Positions 14,664 to 27,345 are shown, counted from the first letter of the stretch. The stretch: 64,000 nt of DNA from Octopus vulgaris (GCA_951406725.2 OX597828.1:39680001-39744000), one strand, 5' to 3'. Translations and numbers: made by a program. Notes: a model not told the origin generated them from the letters alone.

Positions 14664-15672
14664 CAACGGGCTTCTCTCAGTTTCCCTCTACCAAATCCAC
14701 TCACAAGGTTTTGGTTGGCCTGCAGCTATAGTAGAAAACACTAACCCAAGGTGCTCTACAGTGGGACTGAACCCGGAACTGTGTGGTTGGGATGCAAGCT
14801 ACTTACCATGCAGCCATTCCTGTGCCTATAATAGGATTTTTAAAATATCAAGTGGGTATGGGGTTCCAGTAGAGTAAACCATGACTCGAAGAGGCCCATT
14901 GGTAAAAATGGTTTGGCTGGAAATTTCAGCTGGTGTTTCTAGATAGAAGCCACATAGAGGCTCCTTTATTGGCTTAACCGGCTGCCTCATGTCACCATCT
15001 TTTAGATATTAATGGTGAAGCTAAATACTTTAGTTAAAGAAAAAAATACTCTTACAACATATTTTGTATCAGGGTGATGTACTACAAAGGCATGATTTTT
15101 CAGTAAATGGTAAATCCAATCTAATGTTTCAGGAATTTGTCAGAGCTTTCTTTGAGTAAAGTGATAGACCACTACTGAACCAGAATTGTATGGAGCATTA
15201 TTATTGAAATATGTCATGAAATACATTTTAAAAAAGGGACCACAGTTGATATTTCAAGATATACTTCATTCTTATCACTTTGTTTATCCCAAAACAGCTT
15301 TGTTGTTGGAGGTAATAAATCAATAGAATACAATATACAAGTTATTATTACTATTTTCATGTCTGATGTACCAGGTGAGCAACCTATATTTTGTGTGACA
15401 TGACTACTCCAGTTGGAATAATAATTATTTATGGAGAAACATGACTGCAATTAAACGTTTATTCTAATGACATTCATTACTTAATTACCACCCTCTTTAT
15501 TAACTAGTTGTTTAACGGAGAGTATGGAATCTGATTTCTGCAAGGGGAGAGACCTAAGGAAAAAAAAGTCTCAATTTGGAAATTCAGATATTAATGTGTC
15601 AGATGAACTTCATTTTGCTGTACAATATATATGTTGTACTTATCTACGTTGCCATATGTTTACATATATATG

Positions 15673-15725
<53 letters not shown>

Positions 15726-16160
15726 TTGCACACACCCTTGCCTTAGCATCAAGTGATGATAGCTAATGAGTAATACAGTGATACAGCAATGTAATACATT
15801 TTCTGTTTTCCATGGAAAACTTGTCTGATCATGGAGAAGTATTACTTTGCTTGGAAACAAGTGAAGGTTGGTGACAGGAAGGGCATCCAGCTTTAGAAAA
15901 TCTGTCTCAACAAATTCTAGCTAACACAGGCAAGCATGGAAAAGCGGGTATTAAAAGATGATGCTGATGGTGATGATTATATATATATTTGTTTCAGGCA
16001 TTTGACTGCAGCCATGCTGGAGCACTGCCTTTAGTCGAGCAAATCGACCCAAGGACTTATTCTATCGGTCTCTTTTGCCGAACCGCTAAGTTATGGGGAG
16101 GGGATGTAAACACACCAGCATCGGTTGTCAAGCGATGTTGGGGGGACAAACACAGACACA

Positions 16161-16201
<41 letters not shown>

Positions 16202-16917
16202 GATGGGCTTCTTTCAGTTTCTGTCTACCAAATCCACTCACAAGGCTTTGGTCGGCCCGAGGTTATAGCAGAAGACACTTGCCCAAGGTGCCACGCAGTG
16301 GGACTGAACCTGGAACTATGTGGTTGGTAAGTAAGCTACTTACCACGCAGCCACGGCTATGAGTTGTTTTGACTCTTATTTCTAGCAATACTGGTGCTGA
16401 CTAGCACCCTCAGTCACTTTAGTGATGTTTATATTTTTGCATTTCAGTTGAAAAATTGCTAACAAGCTACCCTTATTATTTATAATTTTCACTTTTACCA
16501 TTTATGAAATCAGCTGAAAAGGTAAGATGAGTTTAACCTTAGGTACCAGTAAGAGCCATTGAAGAGCATTAATGTAAATGCAAAATCACTGGTGATCTGA
16601 CTATGCCCAGTGCTTAGGGAGCTTGCCTTCGTTGTCAGTCATTAAGATAGTGCTTATCGTGGCTATGAGTTATTTTGACTCTTATTTCTAGCAATATTGG
16701 TGCTGACTAGCGCCCTTAAGCACCTTAGTGATGTATACATTTTTGCCTTTCAGTTGACTAATTACTAACAAGCCATCTTTATTATTTATATATAGGTGGT
16801 TGAGTTCCTTTGATCATTCGGCCTCATGGAGGCAAGTGGCTGAGTTCCTTTCGAGTGTTGGGCCTTATGGAGGCAGTGATATATATATATGTATATATAT
16901 ATGTATATATATATATA

Positions 16918-16992
<75 letters not shown>

Positions 16993-17974
16993 CCACTGCT
17001 ACATAAAAAAGCAGCCAACACACTATGTACAGTGGTTGGCATTAGCAAAGGGCATCATGCCATAGAAACCAAGCCATATCAGACTGGAATCTAGTGCAGT
17101 TTTCATGCTTTCCAGCTCTGATCAAGCTGTCCAACCCATGACAGCATGGAAAATGGACATTAAATGATAATGATGATGATTGAATTCTTCCTTACTCCTC
17201 ATTTCTTGTGGTCACATTCATTAAACATGCCACACATACCATTCTTGACTGTCCCACTCACTGCTTAAGTATGGCTGTCCACTCACAATTGGCACTCATA
17301 CCTGTGCTTGGCGTTCTTTGACAGTCACCATATCTGTAGCAGTAATAGTAGTAATTGCAGCAGCAGCAGCAGTAGCAGCAGTAGTAGTAGCAGCAGCAGT
17401 GGCTGTTCTGGTGAAATCAAATGGGGCTGGTGTTGCTATTCGTAAACACATCAGCTCTAATTAAGTGCAGTTCGCCTGGGATGTCCTTTCCTAAGACAGG
17501 AAACTGTGATTGAAAGGAGATTTGGGTATTATTTCTAGCATGTCAACCAACCATTCAGCTGACTCACAAATGGTAGTATAGTGAAAATTCCGTTGTCCAA
17601 CATAATGTAATTTAGTTCTATTTTAATGAAGAGTGGTATGATGTAGAAGGATCTAATATGGTGTATTATTCCGTGGTAGAGGGGTTGAGTAACAAGACAC
17701 ATCATATTTTACCTTTTACTTCTTTCTGTCATTAGACTCTGGCCATGCTGGGGCACTGCTCTGAAAAAATTTTGTTGAATGAATTGACACGTGTACTTCT
17801 TTTTTTTTTAAAGTCTGGTACTTATTCTGCTGATCTCTTTAACTGAACTGCTAAGTTACTGGGACGTAAATACACCAACATTGGTTGTCAAGTGGTAGAC
17901 GGGGACAAATGCAAGTACGGAGGACACACACACACACTTACATACCTGTATGCATGTATGTAATGTATACATAG

Positions 17975-18350
17975 TGGAAGATCAATGGCTCTGGTTAGGG
18001 CAGCGGACTCATGGTCGTGGGATTATGTTTTCGATTCCCAGACCAGGCATTGTAAGTGTTTATTGAGCGGAAACACCTAAGGCTCCATAAGGCTCCAGCA
18101 GGGAGTGGTGGTGAACCCTACTGTACTCTTTCACCACAACTTTCTCTCACGCTTTCTTCCTGTTTCTGTTGTACCTGTATTTCAAAGGACCAGCCTTGGC
18201 ACACTCTGTGTCATGCTGAATCTCCCCGAGAACTACGTTAAGGGTGCAAGTGTCTGTGGAGTGCTCAGCCACTTGCACGTTAATTTCACGGGCAGGCTGT
18301 TCCGTTGATCAGATCAACTGGAACCCTCGTCATCATAACCGACGGAGTGC
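17975..18350 (+). mobile_element. tRNA-derived SINE family C
   Basis: Head ggttagggcagcggactc...ttcgattcccagacc; opposite-strand copy at 48045-48338. Confidence 0.7.
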
Positions 18351-18750
18351 TACGAATATATGTATATAAATGGCATGCTGCTGGTTGCAGTCTCAAGCAT
18401 TCCAGTTGATCTGATCAATAGAACAACCTGCTCATGAAACTAATATGCAAGTGGCTGAGTACTCCACTGACATACTTACCATTAACATTGTTCTTGGGGA
18501 GGTTCAGGACGACACAGAGTGTGACAAGGCTGGCTCCTTTGAATTACAGGTACAACTCATTTTTGACAGCTGAGTGGACTAGAGCAACATGAAGTGAAAT
18601 GTCTTGCTCAAGGTCACAGTCAGCCACTGGTTATCAAACTCATGATCTTATGGTCGTGAGCTGAAAGCCCTAACTACTCAGTCATGTGCCTTCACACTCA
18701 CACACACATACATACACACACACACACATGTCTGTGTGTTTCTGTGTGTG

Positions 18751-18784
<34 letters not shown>

Positions 18785-18788
<4 letters not shown>

Positions 18789-18932
18789 GCTTGCTTACCA
18801 ACCACATGGTTCCGGGTTCAGTCCCACTGCATGGCACCTTGGGCAAGTGTCTTCTACTATAGCCTCGGGCCGACCAAAGCCTTGCGAGTGGATTTGGTAG
18901 ACGGAAACTGAAAGAAGCCCGTCGTATATATT

Positions 18933-18979
<47 letters not shown>

Positions 18980-19178
18980 ATTTGTGTGTCTGTGTTTGTC
19001 CCCCCAACATCGCTTGACAACCGATGCTGGTGTGTTTACGTCCCCATAACTTAGCGGTTCAGCAAAAGAGACTGATAGAATAAGTACTAGGCTTACAAAG
19101 AATAAGTCCTGGGGTCGATTTGCTCGACTAAAGGCGGTACTCCAGCATGGCCACAGTCAAATGACTGAAACAAGTAAA

Positions 19179-19180
<2 letters not shown>
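18785..19180 (+). mobile_element. SINE family B, well-preserved copy
   Basis: Near-complete match to other family B copies; CpGs largely retained. Confidence 0.85.
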
Positions 19181-19226
<46 letters not shown>

Positions 19227-19268
19227 CAATAATAATTCTCTAAAAGAGATATAGACAGTAACTGCTCG

Positions 19269-19570
19269 ATAACATAAGGGACTAAAGCCATCTGAATATG
19301 GCTAGGGACAGGGCAGGGTGGTGGGGGTGTTACTGTTGCATTTAGCCCCAGGCGAACATCGACGTCACCAGAAAGGCCCGACACCGTCACGGTGTCCTTA
19401 ACCTGCAAAGGGAGGTGGAATTACCTCCCTTTGCAGGTTAAGGACACCGTGACGGTGTCGGGCCTTTCTGGTGACGTCGATGTTCGCCTGGGGCTAAATG
19501 CAACAGTAACACCCCCACCACCCTGCCCTGTCCCTAGCCATATTCAGATGGCTTTAGTCCCTTATGTTAT
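19269..19570. repeat. Perfect 148-bp-arm palindrome with 6-nt loop
   Basis: 19269-19416 is the reverse complement of 19423-19570; spacer ggaatt. Confidence 0.95.
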
Positions 19571-20247
19571 ATATATATATATATGCATATATTCATATTT
19601 TATGGAGCAGTATACCATTAGTTATGGTTAGTATGTTACTAATAGTTTTGCACTGACTACTGTGTTCAGCAATATTCATAACTCTTCAGATATTCCGGTT
19701 GGAAGTGCATAGTCCCTGTTGTACCTGGGTAGCTTGATGTTGGTAAAAAGAACTGGAATGAAATAAAAAAAAATTGTAGCATTTTCTGAGAGAGAAAGAA
19801 GAGTTGCCTCCCTTGGATCAATGTCAACCTCTGCTAAAGAATGCCAGCTGTGTTTGAACACGTCCGTTTTCGGTTCTGAAAATGTTGCCATTCATGAGAA
19901 CAGTATCCAAATATTTTACATTTTGATTCCAGGAAAGATTCTGGATTGTGTGAGATTTTTTAAAACGATTCTTTTCATCATCTACTTCCATTCACGTATG
20001 GTCCATGCCATTCCAGCATTGCTTCCACTTTATACAGCATTGCTTCCACTTTGAATTATCAGATACAGCTGGTTAACATTGTAACATTGTGCTTCTCTTG
20101 AATTCTAAAAGAGGAGCCGTGATTATTTACTCTGACTTTACAGAGGCCATCTGTTACTCCGACATATTTCTCTGTGTGTGTTCCCATTATTGGGAGAAAT
20201 CATCTTCGCTCTGTAGATCATAACCTCTGTTTTGTATTGATTTTTCA

Positions 20248-20309
<62 letters not shown>

Positions 20310-20454
20310 TGAAATTATTGTATACAGTGCTCAGGTGCACCACAACTTGTCAAAAGTGCATATAAAGCATGTGCATTGGAAGCACTCCGTCGGTCACGAC
20401 GATGAGGGTTCCGGTTGATCCGAATCAACGGCGCAGCCTACTCGTGAAATTATC

Positions 20455-20785
20455 TGCTTAAGAACCTCACCAATGGAGAGGTTCTTAAGCAGATAAGGCC
20501 GAGAATGTCGCTAGAAGCTAGGATCACCAAGCATAGATTGGCATATTTCGGTCATATTATGCGGAGGGAATCCCCGGAGAAGGACATCATGCTCGGAATG
20601 GCCAGTGGCAAGAGAGGAAGAGGTCGACCAAGAACCCGCTGGCTTGATACCATCAGGAGTGATACTGGAATGGACATGGCCATTCTGAAGGAAGCGGCCC
20701 AGGATAGAACTGACTGGAGGACACTGATCCAACGAGTGACTGAGAGTCGATTCCAACTAAGCGGATAGAGAGAGAGAGAGAGAGT
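20455..20785 (+). mobile_element. RTE-clade LINE 3' end
   Basis: ORF RLAYFGHIMRR...GKRGRGRPRTRWLD...AAQDRTDWR followed by a (GA)n tail. Confidence 0.85.
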
Positions 20786-20907
20786 AATACGAATGCCGAA
20801 AGGTTAAAATAAATTGATGCTTGCAGTTATTATGTTGCATCTTGTTTCTGTAATTTAAATTTTGGTTTTATCTAATTTCAGGTTATAGGAGATAGAATAT
20901 TTCCAAC

Positions 20908-21005
20908 ATGACCCTTGGTATTGTAGCTGCACTGACAGCTGCCAGCACAATTGCAGTAATTAACTTCATCTTTGTCATTGCTATTATTGTTTGGAGATGT
21001 AAACG
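20908..21005 (+). CDS. Single-pass membrane protein, first intact coding exon (TM helix)
   Basis: Acceptor atttcag ends at 20881; ATG at 20908; MTLGIVAALTAASTIAVINFIFVIAIIVWRCKR; donor CG|gtaaat, phase 2. Confidence 0.75.
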
Positions 21006-21017
21006 GTAAATATAATT

Positions 21018-21325
21018 TACTAGCAGTATCGCCCGGCGTTGCTCAGGTTTGTAAGGGAAATAACTATATAAGCATTTTTAGAGAGTTACTTCCCTTATAT
21101 AAACCGAGCAAAAAATGCATTAAAAAAACCAAAAAATTATGGTAAATTTTTTTCAAATTGTAGACTCATTGTAGATGCACGCTAATACCCAGAAGGGCTC
21201 GATATGAATCACGACTATAAGATACCCGCTTTTGGTTAAACTGCACCGCAAAATGTGGGAGTAGTTAGGAATCTAAATCGGAGGAGACAGACTCTCACAC
21301 AACTTCAGTTTTATATATAAAGATA
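21018..21325 (+). mobile_element. Non-autonomous Helentron/HINE-like element
   Basis: 5' actagcagtatcgcccggcgttgctc, 3' acaacttcagttttatatataaagat. Related 5' ends at ~42260 and 53029; related 3' ends at ~40880 and ~54630. Confidence 0.5.
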
Positions 21326-21794
21326 TCCCTTTGTCACTGTGCCAACTAGACTATCAGATGTGGTTATACACCGCTAGTCACCATGCACTTTCTCGCATTA
21401 TTATAGCTTTCTAATGATGTCACTCTGTGGCCAACATTCTCTCTGAAAGGAAGGTCAGTACATCTCAGGGTCACCTGTTTACAGCTTACGGGACTGGAGC
21501 TATGTGAAATGAAATGTTTGGCTTAAGAACACAATGCACTACATGTCTGAGAATTGAAACCATGATCTTGTGGTTGTGAATGCAACACCCTAGCCACTTA
21601 GCCACATGCTTTCACATAATTTGTATAATTAATTAAATTCTCTTATTGAAACATAGGTAAAATATTCAGTCATAATATTTTAAATTTTAGCACAAAGCTG
21701 CCATGGTGACATTTGTTCACAACTTTCATGCGATGTCAAGACAAAATGGTACAAACACAAACAGATGGCTTTAGTCCCATATTCTTTTTTTTTC

Positions 21795-22165
21795 CTTTTA
21801 TTCTTTTACTTGTTTCAGTCATTTGACTGTGGCCATACTGGAGCACTGCCTTTAGTCGAACTAATCGACCTCAAGATTTATTCCTTGTAAGCCTGGTACT
21901 TATTCTGTCGGTATCTTTTGCCAAATTGCTAAGTTACGGGTTGTCAAGTAATGAAGGGGGGAGAAACACAGACACACACACAGACACAGACACACACACA
22001 ATATGACAGGCTTCTTTCAGTTTCCATCTACCAAATCTAATCACAAGGCTTTGGTCAGCCCGTGGCTATAGCAGAAGACACTTGCCCAAGGTGCCATGCA
22101 GTGGGACTGAACCCGAAAACATGTGGTTGGGAAGTAAGCTTCTTACCATACAGCCACTCCTGTGC
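21795..22165 (-). mobile_element. SINE family B copy
   Basis: Reverse-complement match to 18785-19180. Confidence 0.85.
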
Positions 22166-22171
22166 CCATAC

Positions 22172-22733
22172 CTCTCTACATCTCTGTACATATGATAAGC
22201 TTCTTTCAGGTTCCATCAACCAGATCCACCTACAAAGCTTTGGTCAGCCTGGAGTTAAGGTCCAAGATGCCATGCAGTGGAACTAAACCTAAAACCACAT
22301 AGTTGGAAAGTGAACTTCATAAGCACACAGGTATGCCTGTGTCTATCTAAAAATAACCAAGGACCTTAGTAAAATAACTAACTTTATAGATTATAGGACT
22401 TTCAACTCTTTAGCATTTAAACCAACTAAATATGGCCAAAATATTCTATCTCTGGCCATATTTAGTTGGTTTAAATGCTAAAGAGTTGAAAGTCCTATAA
22501 TCTATAAAGTTTGTTATTTTACTAAGGTCCTTGGTTATTTTTAGATAGTCACAGGCAAAGCTGTGTGCTTATGAAGTTAACTTTCCAACCATGTGATTCT
22601 GAGTTAAGTTCTGCTGCAAGGTATCTTGGACAAGTATCTTCTACTATAACTCCAGGCTGACCAAAGCCTTGTTGGTGGATTTGCTTGGTGGAACCTGAAA
22701 GAAACCCATCATAAGTACAGAGATGTATAGATG
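22172..22733. repeat. Inverted repeat (~270-bp arms, 13-nt loop)
   Basis: 22172-22438 pairs with 22452-22733; inner ~115 bp nearly perfect, outer part diverged SINE B heads. Confidence 0.9.
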
Positions 22734-23560
22734 TGTGTGTGTGTGTCTGCGTTTGCACCACTTTCTCTTGACATCATACAAGCAGTGTCATTCATTTCCA
22801 GTCTTCTACAAAAACATGTTTGGTTGCAGGAAGATGTTGCCTTGCTTAGAAACAAGTGAGAGCTAGTGACAGGAAAGGCACCCAGCTGTAGTAAATTTGC
22901 CTCAACGAATTCTGTCTAACCCATGCAAGTAAGGAAAAGTGAATATTAGAACAGTGATGATGATAATGAAGATGATGATGATGGTGGTGGTGGTGGTGGC
23001 GGCGGCGACGACGACGACGATAGGCTGTATATTTTGCTGGAAGTATAATCATGAAAAGATTAAAGTTTCAACTTTATATGAATCTGTATGGAATGACAAC
23101 AATCCCAATTGTAGTTAAGGCGGCAGCGTAACATTATGTTCAATGCATTAATACTTTAGCCTACCCAACCACTATATTAATGATGATAATGATATTGGTG
23201 GTGCTGATGGAATTCTTTTTTTTAACCTTTTAAGTGTGGTTACTCCAGTATCTCACAAAAAAGAAAAATATAGAGAATTGGTATTTTCTGCAAGTCACAT
23301 TGACTTAATAAACTTGACATATCTAAACAGAGAATAATTTCAAACATGAGATTCCTCAACAAAAGAGAGACTGGTATATAAAATTGCTTTCTGTAGTTAA
23401 GGGTTATCAAATTCTGAGTGGATATATCTGATTTGTGCAGCAAAAGGGTTAATTTTTAGCCTAATCTTTTCTGGATTGTCACACATTTAATTTCAAGCTG
23501 GTTTTTTTTTACCTTCATCAATTTATTCTTATATTTATTTTTTCCTTTCATCAACAACAG

Positions 23561-23856
23561 ATGGAAAAAATCAAAGCCTGTTCCAGTAACATCACTGTCA
23601 TCCCAACCAACCATTCTCAAAAGGAAACCTATAAATATCAGCCGATTGGATCTGAATCCGCAAAACTTAGCTGGGCAGCAAAATCCTGTCTATACAGTGC
23701 CAACTGTAATACAAGCAGTTCCGAACAGAAATCCAATTTCATATGAGAGGCAATCAAGCAGGTCCCCTAACAGTGTTTGGCCACCTCCTGGTCAGTTTTT
23801 AACGATGAATGATTCAGTTATGTGGCGTCCAATTGAGAATGATACTGTTGTCCCTG
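23561..23856 (+). CDS. Membrane protein exon 2 (cytoplasmic tail)
   Basis: Long pyrimidine tract ending caacag; phase 2 in, phase 1 out (G|gtaagt); open frame WKKSKP...QNPVYTVP...WPPP...NDTVVP. Confidence 0.75.
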
Positions 23857-24302
23857 GTAAGTAAGATAATGTAATTTTGATTGATTGATTCAATCGTATT
23901 TCCTGTGACTAATCAGTCATCACATAGTTGAGCTAAAATAGTTTCTTTGGTTCCTTAGTTTGGTTTAACCATTATAACTAAAGCTGAACATTACCTTCAT
24001 CTGAAATGTTGATGGAGAGGAGAATATTTAGGGTGTATTTTTGTTGTGTGTAAGCTAGTTAGAAGGGGAGGGAGCAGGCAGTACTCATGGCCGTTGCAGG
24101 ACTTCCCGGCCTGATGAGATTGATGCATTTGATGTTTTACATCAGCATTTTGTAGGTCGATGTTTGCAAGAAGGGCATGTTTGATGAAGGAATTCTAAGT
24201 GATTGCCATCCTGGGGAAGGAAGTGAGAATTTGGCAAAGTGTTTGGTGAGGCATCTTAAAAGTTAGACACAATGATCGAAGGAGGATCATAAATAGTTGA
24301 GT

Positions 24303-25105
24303 TGGGTGAGTTTGCATGGCAAGGGTGTGTATATGGTAAGGGTGAGCTTGCATGGCAAGGGTGTGTGTGTGGTAAGGGTGAGCTTGCATGGCAAGGGTGT
24401 GTGTGTGGTAAGGGTGAGCTTGTGTGGCAAGGGTGTGTGTGTGGTAAGGGTGAGCTTGCATGGCAAGGGTGTGTGTGTGGTAAGGGTGAGCTTGTGTGGC
24501 AAGGGTGTGTGTGTGGTAAGGGTGAGCTTGTGTGGCAAGGGTGTGTGTGTGGTAAGGGTGAGCTTGTGTGGCAAGGGTGTGTGTGTGGTAAGGGTGAGCT
24601 TGCATGGCAAGGGTGTGTGTGTGGTAAGGGTGAGCTTGTGTGGCAAGGGTGTGTGTGTGGTAAGGGTGAGCTTGTGTGGCAAGGGTGTGTGTGTGGTAAG
24701 GGTGAGCTTGCATGGCAAGGGTGTGTGTGTGGTAAGGGTGAGCTTGCATGGCAAGGGTGTGTGTGTGGTAAGGGTGAGCTTGTGTGGCAAGGCTGTGTGT
24801 GTGGTAAGGGTGAGCTTGCATGGCAAGGGTGTGTGTGTGGTAAGGGTGAGCTTGCATGGCAAGGGTGTGTGTGTGGTAAGGGTGAGCTTGTGTGGCAAGG
24901 GTGTGTGTGTGGTAAGGGTGAGCTTGCATGGCAAGGGTGTGTGTGTGGTAAGGGTGAGCTTGTGTGGCAAAGGGTGAGCTTGCATGGCAAGGGTGTGTGT
25001 GTGGTAAGGGTGAGCTTGTGTGGCAAGGGTGTGTGTGTGGTAAGGGTGAGCTTGTGTGGCAAGGGTGTGTGTGTGGTAAGGGTGAGCTTGCATGGCAAGG
25101 GTGAG
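24303..25105. repeat. 36-bp minisatellite, ~23 units
   Basis: Unit gggtgtgtgtgtggtaagggtgagcttg(ca/tg)tggcaa; one truncated unit near 24970. Confidence 0.95.
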
Positions 25106-26005
25106 ATTGTGTGGCAATGGTATGCAGTTACCTAGTTTACAAGTGTGGTGGTGGGACCACAATTGCCACATGTGTGAAGCAGATTGCAGTATACAGTAAT
25201 ATAGACAGTCTCCATTGGTCAAAAGCTAATCTTGTATCTGGACATGTATACCCAAGTCTGGCAAGATTTTTTGGCAAAAACTTGTCAGTTGCCTTTGCAG
25301 GCCTTTCCTTTCCATGACATCAATGTTTATCCAAGGAAAAGGTTGCCGAAATAATGCATTCCTAACTGATGAACTTGAAATAAGTTGAGAAAGCTATGAA
25401 TAATAGCATGGACATTTTCTATACAAAATTCGTTTTGAATAAAATGGGTGGCCTCTAACTTTTCCTAACCAAAATTGTTTTTAACTAATTTTTTTACCTT
25501 TATATGCTTTGAGTTCTACAATTTTGAATTAATATATACATGTGTGTGTGTGGGGTGTATGTATGTACATACGCATGTGTGTATGTATGTGTGTGTGTGT
25601 GTATATATATATATAACTTATAAACAAGGGCAAAAGAAAAAAAATTTCTCATGCCAAATATGCTGAAAACAGACACATCGTCAATAACCATATATTTCAT
25701 CACTATAAGCACGTGTTTCGAAGAAAGCTGACAGAAATTACTAAAAAATTCCGTTATTATCATATCGGACCCGATTTCAGAGTTAATTCATAAGAACCTT
25801 CTCTTCGTCAGTGATAAATGCGGCAAAGGAATAAATGAAATGCTTACTTATACCCATGGAAGAAGCAAACACTAAGTCATGAGCAGACCTAAGTACCCCA
25901 AATATATCCAAAATAGAAATTCTCCAGCACACCTCGAGACACGTGCGATCAGACTGAAAACTCTCATAGAGTGAGAGAGTCCAAAAGTGAACACTATTAA
26001 ATTTA

Positions 26006-26175
26006 CATCTGATATAGGATAAAATTTTCAAAAAAAAATTCTATCAATGGCCAGCATATTAAAAAATATCTTTAACGGTTAAATTTATAAACAACAATTT
26101 AACCTTTAAAGGTATTTTTTAATATGCTGGCCATTGATAGAATATTTTTCAAAAAATTTTATCCTATATTAGATA
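26006..26175. repeat. ~80-bp-arm inverted repeat
   Basis: ttctatcaatggccagcatattaaaaaata...ggttaaatt pairs with aatttaacc...tattttttaatatgctggccattgatagaa. Confidence 0.85.
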
Positions 26176-26292
26176 CACACACACACACACACACACACAT
26201 ACACACATTCTAAAAGTGAGGTTAACAACCTGGATAATTATAATTTGCTGTTTCTTTGTATTATGTTTATTTTTTATTTTTTTATTTTCCAG

Positions 26293-26308
26293 CCAGACAA
26301 CAAATTCA
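26293..26308 (+). CDS. Membrane protein 16-nt microexon
   Basis: Long T tract + ttccag|CCAGACAACAAATTCA|gtaagt. Confidence 0.6.
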
Positions 26309-26574
26309 GTAAGTAATATCTTATATATTTGTTTGTCATTTATTCTATAGCTTTTTTTGTATTTCCTTTTTTGTCTGCAACTGTTGTTAGAAGGTGTGTA
26401 GTGTGTGGTGGAATTTATTATCTAATTTTTTTTTTTTCATTTTTGTTAATAAATTAGACAATGGAGTACAACTGTGTATTGATGGCCTTTACTGTTCCTT
26501 ACAGACTAGATGGATATGGCCTGGGCACCTGCGGATAAATGTTTGCAGGATAGATGCAAGTAAAGAGGGATCTA

Positions 26575-27345
26575 CTACTACTAATAATAATAATGAAATT
26601 ATTGTATACAGTGCTCAGGTACACTACAACTTGTCAATAGTGCCTGTGAAGCGTATGCAGTAATGTACAAATGTCTGGAAAGTGAACAGTATATGAGTTA
26701 GATACATGCTTGCGTGTGTATGGAGGGAAGAAAATCAGGTGTAGTGTTGGTGATTCTCAGGAAGCATGGAAGTTTTGAAGGATGCAGTGCTCCAACAACT
26801 AACAACCGATGCTAGCAGTTTATTCCATACTTCAGCAACTCTTAGCATGAAAAAATGTTTCTGAAAGTCATGGGAGCTGTGCTGTTTTCTGACTTTGTAA
26901 ATATGTCCACGGGTGTTAGATGGGTGGAGTTTGAAAAGGTGCTCAGAGTTATTGTTAGTAAGATGGTTAATAATTTTATGGGTGTCTGCCAAGTCAGTTG
27001 TCAGATGCTGGAGTTTCAATGTATCCATGCTCAAGGACATAAGGCGTTCAGAATATGGCAAATGCCTGGAGGTTATTCTCTTGGTTGCACATCGCTGAAT
27101 GGTTTCCAGATGATTAATATCCCGGGCAAAATAGGGGTTCCAGACCGGTGATGCAAATTCCAGGTGAGGCTGCATATAGCTATATAAAGCCTCAGATAGA
27201 TAGCCGGAGAGCGGCTCGCAAAGGACTTGGTGAGTGATGCCAAGACACCCTCAGCCTTCTTGGCATTTTTAGCAATGTGTTTTGTCCAACGCAAATCACT
27301 GTTGACAATAATGACCAGGTCATGTTCACAAGAAGTCCTTTTGAG
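26575..27345 (-). mobile_element. CR1/L2-clade LINE 3' fragment
   Basis: PHLEFASPVWNPY...LPYSERL...NTRGH...KHFF.LRV...WNKL with an (ATT)n tail. The same 3' end recurs at ~20250-20375. Confidence 0.8.

Noticed and set aside
19157-19631. Same peptide encoded on both strands
   Set aside because: Trivial consequence of the palindrome; no coding evidence.
19676-20250. Non-repetitive-looking stretch with short ORFs
   Set aside because: Multiple stops, no recognisable motif and no convincing splice sites.
24195-25222. 226-311 aa repetitive ORFs, and a possible CRISPR reading of the 36-bp repeat
   Set aside because: Open frames follow from a stop-poor 36-nt unit; units are head-to-tail with no spacers, in eukaryotic intronic context with no cas genes.
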